A DNA stretch of 64,000 nt, taken from positions 672,001-736,000 of the forward strand of contig OZ245838.1 of the NCBI GenBank assembly GCA_965228735.1, read 5' to 3'. This document shows positions 57,011 to 64,000 of this stretch, in pieces. Below the pieces are notes generated by a model that searched no databases, was not told the origin of the DNA, and saw only the letters and a list, made by a program, of their open reading frames with translations. Every line of letters begins with the position of its first letter. Position 1 is the first letter of the stretch. The DNA comes from Planctomycetota bacterium (GTDB lineage: Bacteria > Planctomycetota > UBA1135 > UBA2386). Made by a program: the position numbers and the translations under genes.

Positions 57011-57567
57011 CGTTCGTTCTCCTCGTCTCGGTGCAGGCGTTCGGCGAGCTGGATCGTGGCGGTGGCCATGCGCGACTTGACCGTGCCGAGCGGGATGTCG
57101 AGCGTCGTCGCGATCTCGTCGTAGCTCAGGCCCTCGCCGCGCAGCAGCAGGGCCTCGCGCAGCGGTGGGCTCAACGTGGCGATGGTGCGGAGCACGCGGT
57201 CGCGCTGTTCTCGTTCGCTGAGGCGCGTCAGCGGGTCGTCGCGATGACGCTGCACCGCGGCGTCGCTGAGCCGCAGCTCCAGCTCGGCGGTCCCTTCGTG
57301 CTGCTCGCGATCGCGGTCGCGGTTCCGGCGCCGGCGGTACGCGCAGAGCACGCGCAGGGCGACGCGGTGGAACCACGTCGTCAGCCGGGCCTCGCCGCGG
57401 AACGACGGCAGCGAACGCAGCGTCGCGGCGAACACCTCCTGCATGCCGTCGTCGGCGTCCTGGCCGAGCAGCCGCCCGGCGAGGCGGCGGATCCGTTCAC
57501 CGCGCGTCTGCAGCAGCTGCTCGCACCGGGCGGTCCGCGGATCGGGTTCGGTGGTCACGGGGCTCAT
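57007..57567 (-). CDS. ECF RNA polymerase sigma factor
   Basis: DADDGMQEVF, FRGEARLTTWFHRV, GLSYDEIATTLDIPLGTVKSR. Confidence 0.93.
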   Translation of the reverse strand: MSPVTTEPDPRTARCEQLLQTRGERIRRLAGRLLGQDADDGMQEVFAATLRSLPSFRGEARLTTWFHRVALRVLCAYRRRRNRDRDREQHEGTAELELRLSDAAVQRHRDDPLTRLSEREQRDRVLRTIATLSPPLREALLLRGEGLSYDEIATTLDIPLGTVKSRMATATIQLAERLHRDEENER

Positions 57568-57621
57568 CACCCTCTTGGTGAACGGCGGCGGCCGCCAGGT
57601 TCGGTCGCCGCCGGGTTTTTC

Positions 57622-58191
57622 TCAACTGCCGCCGAGCAGCTCCGCGCGCTGCCCCGGGTAGACGTTCCGCGCCCAGTCGGGGAACGCCATCCCGGCCGTG
57701 GCGTGGGGGGCGTAGAGCTCGAGCACGGTGTCCATGGCCGCGGTCGGGCCGATCGACACGTGGCCGTAGGGGATCAGGTCGAGCTGGTCGAAGGCGGCCG
57801 CGAGGTCGCCGGTGTCGTGCAGTGTCACGATGGCGCTCGCCAGGCCGGTGCGGTCGACGCCGGCGCGGCAGTGCAGCAGGAGCGGCCGTTCGGCGGTCGC
57901 GGCGATCTGCCAGAGGGCGAGCAGCTTGCCGGGCTCCGGCAGGCGCGACGCCGACAGCGGGACGCTCACGAACGTCGTCTCCATGCCGATCGCGACGCGC
58001 GCCGTCGACCGACAGCTGCGGCCGCCGCGGAGGCAGACGAGGGTCTTGATGTCGTGCTCTCCGACCTTGCGCGCGAGCAGGTCCTCGTGCATCTGCGGCG
58101 CGCGGAACACGCCGGGTCGCAGCTCGCGAAAGCCGGTGCAGCCAGCGGTGAGCGCGAGGCTGGCGGCGAGGAGGATTCGGAGACGCGGCAT
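57622..58191 (-). CDS. Protein tyrosine / dual-specificity phosphatase, lipoprotein
   Basis: CX5R motif HCRAGVDRTG; lipobox TAGC. Confidence 0.88.
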   Translation of the reverse strand: MPRLRILLAASLALTAGCTGFRELRPGVFRAPQMHEDLLARKVGEHDIKTLVCLRGGRSCRSTARVAIGMETTFVSVPLSASRLPEPGKLLALWQIAATAERPLLLHCRAGVDRTGLASAIVTLHDTGDLAAAFDQLDLIPYGHVSIGPTAAMDTVLELYAPHATAGMAFPDWARNVYPGQRAELLGGS

Positions 58192-58271
58192 GGGGGTGAA
58201 TCTACCGAACGGTGCGCTCGGCGAGGCTCCCGGGGCGTGCATTTGTCGAGAGCGCGCACTAGCGTCCGGGC

Positions 58272-59393
58272 ATGTCTTGGACGTTTCCGGGTTGGGACCC
58301 GGTGTTGTTCGACCTGCCGGATTGGGATTGGCTGCCGTTCGACCTGCGGTGGTACGGACTGACCTACATCATCGGCTTCGTCGCGGCGCAGTGGATCCTC
58401 GTGCGGCTCGCGCGCCGCGAACTGCTGCCGGTCAAGCCGGACGTCGCGCCCGACATCATCTTCTACTGCGTCATCGGCGTGATGCTCGGCGGGCGGATCG
58501 GCTACGCGCTGTTCTACGAGCAGGACCTGCTGAACCCGATGGAGTTCGTCCAGGTCTGGAAGGGCGGGCTCGCGTTCCATGGCGGCCTCGGCGGCGTCGT
58601 CATCGCGACGTGGCTGTTCGCCCGGCGGCACAAGATCCCGTGGCGGCGAGTGGCCGACGCGTGCTCGCTCGCGGTCTGCCCGGGCATCCTCGCGGTGCGC
58701 TGCGCGAACTTCATCAACGGCGAGCTCTACGGGCGCAAGTCCACGGCCGACACGTTCGGCGCGATGCAGTTCCCGACCGATCCGATGGCCGAGCGCCTGC
58801 TCGGGATCCCGGTGATGGACGGGATGCGAAACAAGGAGCTCTGCCAGCAGGTGGCCTACGGCAACCTCGAGTTCGACGCGATCCGGGATCGTTTGCCGGA
58901 GAAGGACATCTACGGCCAGACCATCGATTGGGACGCCGTTGCGGCCGGTCTCGACTGGGACAAGGTCCGCCAGATGACCGACGCCCAGGGCGAGCTGCTC
59001 GTCCCGTATCGGCACCCGTCCCAGCTCTACGAAGGGCTCGGCGAGGGCCTGCTGCTCGGCATCGTCCTGTTCGTCATCTACCAGCTCACGAAGAGCAAGC
59101 CGTTCCGGGCCGGGGTCTACACCGCGATCTTCCTCGTGGGGTATGCGGTGGTCCGGTTCCTGCTCGAGAACATCCGCAAGCCGGACGCCCAGTTCTTCGA
59201 CGACGGGGGTGACGGCACCGTGCTGTTCGGGATGACGATGGGGCAGACCCTGAGCACGTTCATGGTCGTCGGGGCCGGCCTGATCCTGGTCTGGCCACAG
59301 CCGCGGGCAGCGGCCCCGGGGGACGGCGCCGAAGCGTCCGATGCCGCGGCGGCCGGATCGCCGGAAGGTCAGCCGGGACAGGCGCCTCCGTAG
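58272..59393 (+). CDS. lgt: Prolipoprotein diacylglyceryl transferase
   Basis: RWYGL, GGRIGY, GGLAFHGG, NFINGELYG, HPSQLYE, RFLLE; long periplasmic insertion. Confidence 0.95.
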   Translation: MSWTFPGWDPVLFDLPDWDWLPFDLRWYGLTYIIGFVAAQWILVRLARRELLPVKPDVAPDIIFYCVIGVMLGGRIGYALFYEQDLLNPMEFVQVWKGGLAFHGGLGGVVIATWLFARRHKIPWRRVADACSLAVCPGILAVRCANFINGELYGRKSTADTFGAMQFPTDPMAERLLGIPVMDGMRNKELCQQVAYGNLEFDAIRDRLPEKDIYGQTIDWDAVAAGLDWDKVRQMTDAQGELLVPYRHPSQLYEGLGEGLLLGIVLFVIYQLTKSKPFRAGVYTAIFLVGYAVVRFLLENIRKPDAQFFDDGGDGTVLFGMTMGQTLSTFMVVGAGLILVWPQPRAAAPGDGAEASDAAAAGSPEGQPGQAPP

Positions 59394-59465
59394 GTGGAAT
59401 AATGGTCGGCCGAGGCCGTCCGAACTCCCACGGTAGGCCCGTATCGAGGTCCCCGGACCGAGCTC

Positions 59466-62378
59466 ATGCCACGACGATTCGCGATGCCCCGTATCCTGCC
59501 GCTGCTGGCAGTGACCGCCGCTTTCCTGCTGCTGCCGGCCTGTGACAACGTCGGCCGCGCGTTCGATCCCAGCGTCGATCCCCGCACCAACAACCCGACG
59601 ACGGGCGAATCCGTCGTCCAGGTCGTGCCGGCCGGCGGCGATGCACGCGAAGGCCGGCCGCGGATCCGCACGGTCGCACCCGAGGATGGCGGCTGGCCGG
59701 CCACGGTGCCGATCGTCATCGAGTTCAGCGAGAGCGTGAACGAGTCGTCCATCCTGCCGACGTCGACCACCGGCACCGACGGGCGGATCATCCTGCGCGT
59801 GGTCGGCACGACGACGCCGTTGCCGTGCCTCTACGACTTCCTCGCGGGCGGCCGGCTGCTCGTGATGCGGCCGGTGACCGAATTGTCCAACGAGCAGAGC
59901 CCGTTCTACGAGGTGGTGCTGCTGCCCGACGCCCGCGACGCGGACGGCGTGCGGTTCGATCTCGAGGACGAGGAGAACGGCGACGTGCTCACGACGTTCC
60001 AGGTCAACCAGGCGACGTCGATCACCGATGGTCGCATCCTCGCGACCTACCCGCGCGACAACCAGCGCGACGCGGCGCGCGAGACCAGCTACTTCGTCGT
60101 GTTCGACCGGCCGGCGAACGACGCGAGCATCTCCGAGGCGAACATGTTCGTGCGGCCGGCCGGCGGCACGGTGGTGACGGCCGATCCGGCGACCGCAGCC
60201 GAGATCGTCGGCCAGCCCGACACCCGGGTCTACGAGCTCGCGCCCGGGACGCCGTTCCTTGGCGATACGTCGTACGAGCTCGTGGTCGACGACACGATCA
60301 CGTTCGGCACGGACGGTGAACTCGACTTCCGCGGCCGCACGCCCTACGCGGTGTTCGACACGGTCGGTCCCGACGCGCCGACCGCGGTCACGATCGGCAA
60401 CCCGACGATGGGTTTCCCCGACCGGGTCAATCGCTTGAACCTCGGTGGCATCAACCTCGCCGTGACGACGTCGGCCGATGCGCGCGAAGGGGACACGATC
60501 GTGGCCCGGATCTACGGCTTCGACCCGGAGACCGCGACGATGGGCGACGTCGGTTTCGTCGAGAACACCGGTAGGGTGCCGGCACCGGGCGGCGTCCAGA
60601 CCGTGACGATCGACTTCACGGGGGAGCTCGGCACCGTGAGCAACCCGACGTTCGAGGACGGAGGGCTCGATTTCGCGGTGCAGATGCGGCGCGGCAGTGA
60701 GCAGTCCGGGTTCTTCCTGAACGAGGAAGGGGCGGCGCGGTTCGACCTCACGCCGCCGACGCTGACCTCGGCGGGGCCGCCCGGCGCCGGCAATGACATC
60801 TTCACCGACCTCGAGCACTTGAGCTTCCACGGCGTGGCGAACGAAGAGATCGCGGAGGCGATGCTCACGGACGGCGTCAACCCGGCGGCGGAGCTGTTCG
60901 GCAGCGCCGAGTCGGGTTACTTCACCGTGCGGCCGGTCAACCTCGGGCGGCTCGCGGGCACGCGCGGCTACACGCTGACGTTCACCGATACCGCGGGCAA
61001 CATGGTCGAGACCGCGGTCACGGGCACGATCGTGCAGCGCGGCACGGTCACGGGCGCAGTGCAGCCGAGCGGCACGCTCACGGTCGAGGCGTTCGACGAG
61101 GTGACGCTCGCGCCGATCGTCGGCGCGACGGTCGTCGTCGACCCCGGAGTGCCGACCTTGCCGGCGACCGGTCAGCTCACGATGGTCACGGACGGCGACG
61201 GGCTCGCGGTGTTCACCGGGCTCGCGGGGGCGACGCACACGGTCACGATCGCGGCTGCGGATTACGATCTCGTCACCCTCTACGAGACCGCGGCCGGGCG
61301 CGTCTCGCTGCCGGTTCGGCCCGCCGAGAACACGGCGACGTTCCGCGGCGCGGTGGCGTTCGAGGTCTCGCCCGGGATCACGGCCGCCGTCGGCCACAAC
61401 GGCTACGCCGATCCGTCGATCCTGGCGCTGCAGACGACCACCACGGACCCGCTGACGATCCCGTCGACTTCGATCTTCGCCGGCCGCCCACAGGTCGTGA
61501 CGGCGCTCGGCGGCGCGATCGAACCGACGATGGCTCCCGCGTTCTCGTTGCAGGGCTACGCGATGCTTGGACCGACGCTGCTCACGCCGGTCGCGGCGAT
61601 CGAGCCCGCCGACCCGGGCGGCACGACGACCGCCGCGGTCGTGATGCTGTCGAGCGCGGGTTCGACGGCCGAGATCGCGCCGGCCTACACCGAGGACTTC
61701 GCGCTCGCCAACGGGCTCGATACCGCCAATCTCGTCGGGGCGCCGGTCGTGCGCGTCATGGCGGGGCTCACCGGCTTTCACGGTCAGGTGCTGGCCGGAC
61801 TCGGCTATGCCACCGTGACGACCGGGTCCGCGTACACCGTCAACGCGACGTATGCGCAGGCTGTGCTGACGGGGTTCGGGGTGTTCGCGCCGTCGTTCTG
61901 GGTCGCGACCGAAGCGCGTGACACGGGCGGGCGGATCAGCCGCCACCGGTCGCTGATCAACACGACCAACTCGGTGCCGGTCAACCCGACCAACCCGCCG
62001 GGCATCCCGGTGATCACCGTCCCGGGTGGTCCGGCCACGACGGCGCCGCTCGTGACCTACAACGACGAGATCGCGCCCGGGCTCGTGCCGGGCGGTGTCG
62101 CGATCGCGGATCTCACGGCGACCGATAGCGCCGGGCGGCGCTGGCTCGTGCTGAAGTTCGACGGCGACGGCGCGGGTGGGACGGACAGCGTGCAGTTCCC
62201 GGACCTGGTCACCGCCGGTGTCACGGGGCTGCAGACCGGCACCTGGAGCGTGCGCGCGGAGACCCGGATCCTGTTGTCGATCACGGGCGCGACCGCGACC
62301 GACATCGTGCTGACCGAGCGGCAGCGCGCCGAGGCAGCTTACGCGCGGTCGGCCGCGCAGGACTTCACGGTCCAATAG
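59466..62378 (+). CDS. Large surface lipoprotein with Ig-like (Big_5/SbsA-like) repeats
   Basis: Lipobox LPAC; IVIEFSESVNESSI and VVFDRP repeats; Thr/Gly/Val-rich; start 59466 or 59484. Confidence 0.8.
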   Translation: MPRRFAMPRILPLLAVTAAFLLLPACDNVGRAFDPSVDPRTNNPTTGESVVQVVPAGGDAREGRPRIRTVAPEDGGWPATVPIVIEFSESVNESSILPTSTTGTDGRIILRVVGTTTPLPCLYDFLAGGRLLVMRPVTELSNEQSPFYEVVLLPDARDADGVRFDLEDEENGDVLTTFQVNQATSITDGRILATYPRDNQRDAARETSYFVVFDRPANDASISEANMFVRPAGGTVVTADPATAAEIVGQPDTRVYELAPGTPFLGDTSYELVVDDTITFGTDGELDFRGRTPYAVFDTVGPDAPTAVTIGNPTMGFPDRVNRLNLGGINLAVTTSADAREGDTIVARIYGFDPETATMGDVGFVENTGRVPAPGGVQTVTIDFTGELGTVSNPTFEDGGLDFAVQMRRGSEQSGFFLNEEGAARFDLTPPTLTSAGPPGAGNDIFTDLEHLSFHGVANEEIAEAMLTDGVNPAAELFGSAESGYFTVRPVNLGRLAGTRGYTLTFTDTAGNMVETAVTGTIVQRGTVTGAVQPSGTLTVEAFDEVTLAPIVGATVVVDPGVPTLPATGQLTMVTDGDGLAVFTGLAGATHTVTIAAADYDLVTLYETAAGRVSLPVRPAENTATFRGAVAFEVSPGITAAVGHNGYADPSILALQTTTTDPLTIPSTSIFAGRPQVVTALGGAIEPTMAPAFSLQGYAMLGPTLLTPVAAIEPADPGGTTTAAVVMLSSAGSTAEIAPAYTEDFALANGLDTANLVGAPVVRVMAGLTGFHGQVLAGLGYATVTTGSAYTVNATYAQAVLTGFGVFAPSFWVATEARDTGGRISRHRSLINTTNSVPVNPTNPPGIPVITVPGGPATTAPLVTYNDEIAPGLVPGGVAIADLTATDSAGRRWLVLKFDGDGAGGTDSVQFPDLVTAGVTGLQTGTWSVRAETRILLSITGATATDIVLTERQRAEAAYARSAAQDFTVQ

Positions 62379-62397
62379 GGCCGGGAGGGTTGGCGCG

Positions 62398-63039
62398 GTG
62401 ACGACCGGCATCGTTCTGCTGTCGGGCGGGCTCGACTCGGGCGTGGCGGCTGCGCTGTTCGCGGAGGCGGATGGCCAGGACCTCGCGGAGGCCGTCTTCT
62501 TCGACTACGGCCAGCGCGCGGTGCAGCCGGAGCTCGCTGCCGCGAGCCGGCTCGCGGAGCGGTTCGGGATCGCGCTGCGTCGGATCGAGTTACCGTGGCT
62601 CACCGAGCTCGCGCGTGCCGCGGGCTCGGCGCTCGTGGATCGCGACCACGCGGTGCCTGCCGGCACCGCGGAACGACCGGGGGATGCGGCCTCGGCCGCC
62701 GCCGTCTGGGTGCCCGCGCGCAACGCGGTCTTCGTCGCGACGGCGGCGGCAGTCGCGGAGGCGGCAGGCCACGACACCGTCGTCGCCGGGTTCAACCGCG
62801 AGGAGGCGACCACGTTCCCCGACAACTCGCCGGCTTTCGTCGAAGCCTCGAACGCGTTCCTCGGGTTCGGCACCCGAAACGCGGTGCGGGTCGTGAGCCC
62901 GACGCTCGATCTCGACAAGCCGGGCATCGTGCGGCAGGCCCGACGGCTCGGGTTCGGGCCCGACGACTTCTGGTCGTGCTACGAGGGTGGGGCGCGGCCG
63001 TGCGGCCGCTGCGAATCCTGTCGGCGATCGCGCTGGTGA
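62398..63039 (+). CDS. queC: 7-cyano-7-deazaguanine synthase QueC
   Basis: LSGGLDS, FDYGQR, WVPARN, zinc site WSCY..CGRCESC. Confidence 0.85.
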   Translation: MTTGIVLLSGGLDSGVAAALFAEADGQDLAEAVFFDYGQRAVQPELAAASRLAERFGIALRRIELPWLTELARAAGSALVDRDHAVPAGTAERPGDAASAAAVWVPARNAVFVATAAAVAEAAGHDTVVAGFNREEATTFPDNSPAFVEASNAFLGFGTRNAVRVVSPTLDLDKPGIVRQARRLGFGPDDFWSCYEGGARPCGRCESCRRSRW

Positions 63040-63053
63040 GCGCGACCGGCCGC

Positions 63054-63725
63054 TCACTGCATCACGAGCCAGGTGTTGCCGTCCGCGCCGACCGAGTTGA
63101 TCGCGAGGCGGCCGCCCGTGATCTGGCTCGGCGGCACAGAGGACAGCGCGGCACCGGCCGGCGGCGCCTGCGTCACGCCCGAGTAGTCCGCCGTGCGGCA
63201 CGTCAGGACATCGCCCTGCTGGTTCACGAAGAACGCGGCTTTGCCGCTCGAGCCGATCGAGACCGGCCATGCGAGGCACGTCCAGCTGGTCTCGGCGAGG
63301 TCGGGGTCGACGTTCGCGAAGTTCGCCGGCGCGCCGAGGATGCCCGTGCCGGCCGCGTCGGGCAGATAGAGCGCGATGAGGTAGCCCTTGTTGGTGACGT
63401 AGCCGTTGGCCTGCGTCTCGCCCAGCGCCCGCGTCAGCGCGGTCGGTTCGAGCCGAACGCCGGCGCCGCGCAGCGTGGAGCGGCCGGCGAGTTCGACGAG
63501 GCTCAGCGCTTCGCCGATCCCGTCATGATCCTCGTCGACTGGCGCGCTGCCCATGACCTGCGCCTGCGCGGTCGCGATCGTCCGCAACGTCGCGACGATC
63601 GCGCGTTCATTGGCGGCCGTCTGGCTCGAGAGCACGTTGGGCACGGCGATGCCCGCAAGAATGCTGATGAACGCGGTCACGATAAGCAGTTCGATCAGCG
63701 TGAAGCCATGGTCGGTCTGTTGCAT
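63054..63725 (-). CDS. Type IV pilin-like N-methylation-domain protein
   Basis: GFTLIELLIV prepilin motif; SD AAGGAG; AWP...GK.AFFVNQQG C-terminus. Confidence 0.88.
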   Translation of the reverse strand: MQQTDHGFTLIELLIVTAFISILAGIAVPNVLSSQTAANERAIVATLRTIATAQAQVMGSAPVDEDHDGIGEALSLVELAGRSTLRGAGVRLEPTALTRALGETQANGYVTNKGYLIALYLPDAAGTGILGAPANFANVDPDLAETSWTCLAWPVSIGSSGKAAFFVNQQGDVLTCRTADYSGVTQAPPAGAALSSVPPSQITGGRLAINSVGADGNTWLVMQ

Positions 63726-63912
63726 CGGTAGTCTCCTTCGGGCCCTGTCTCACTGGCAGCTATTGGCTTCGGCGGCGGTCGGGGCCGCGCATCAGCGGTC
63801 CTCGCTGGCAGTCCCGGATCGACACCCGGAGCGCGAATGGGCCGTCCAGGAGCGAGACCGCGACGGTGCGAGCGCTCGTTCCGTGTCGAGGATTCCACTA
63901 AAGTCGGCGGCG

Positions 63913-64000
63913 ATGGTCGCGACGTTCGGCATCGTGAATCTGACCCATGACTCGTTCTCGGACGGCGGTCGCTACGTCGAGGGCGGCGCCGGGCTCGCGC
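63913..64000 (+). CDS. folP: Dihydropteroate synthase (5' partial, runs off the window)
   Basis: MVATFGIVNLTHDSFSDGGRY matches the FolP N-terminal GI.N.T.DSFSDGG motif. Confidence 0.85.
   Translation, partial: MVATFGIVNLTHDSFSDGGRYVEGGAGLA

Noticed and set aside
57575..57620. ECF autoregulatory promoter (GAACC...CGTTC on the minus strand)
   Set aside because: AAC-to-CGT spacing is 14 bp, shorter than the usual 16-17
57966..62411. Very long antisense or alternative-frame ORFs (1481 aa here; also 34010-36952, 28826-31933, 21286-23979 and others)
   Set aside because: Shadow ORFs of real genes in high-GC DNA: Arg/Ala-rich, no motifs, opposite well-supported CDS
62398..63039. queC as part of a QatABCD or CBASS defence locus
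   Set aside because: No TatD, KAP ATPase, CD-NTase or TGT neighbours; housekeeping context

Overview
High-GC (roughly 70% by eye) bacterial chromosomal segment, most consistent with a Planctomycetota-like organism; this is an inference from gene content, not a database result. It carries about 50 CDS. Housekeeping genes: guaB-guaA, clpP, rho, rplC, thrABC, mnmE, nrdR, smc, dps, gltA, a thiolase, an aconitase-family dehydratase, lgt, queC and the 5' end of folP. Also present: a GldA/F/G-like ABC exporter with a DUF4340 protein, a DUF58/BatA-vWA trio, an ECF sigma/anti-sigma pair and many secreted or lipoprotein genes. I found no rRNA, tRNA, CRISPR array, integrase or transposase. Most notable: (1) rplC (uL3) sits outside the S10 operon, has a ~27-aa insertion, and is followed by a 68-aa basic mini-protein and an HI0933/YhiN(RdsA)-family flavoprotein, a candidate peptidyl-transferase-centre remodelling module. 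(2) Two copies of a 105-bp REPIN/MITE-like element with 27-bp inverted arms and the same 51-bp spacer length. (3) A Rho with an Arg7-Gly22 disordered N-terminus. (4) A recurring -10-box-then-start-codon (leaderless) gene architecture. (5) A beta-lactamase-family/VanX fusion lipoprotein. (6) An internally deleted nucleotidyltransferase pseudogene. Start codons were chosen by eye and are approximate where noted.
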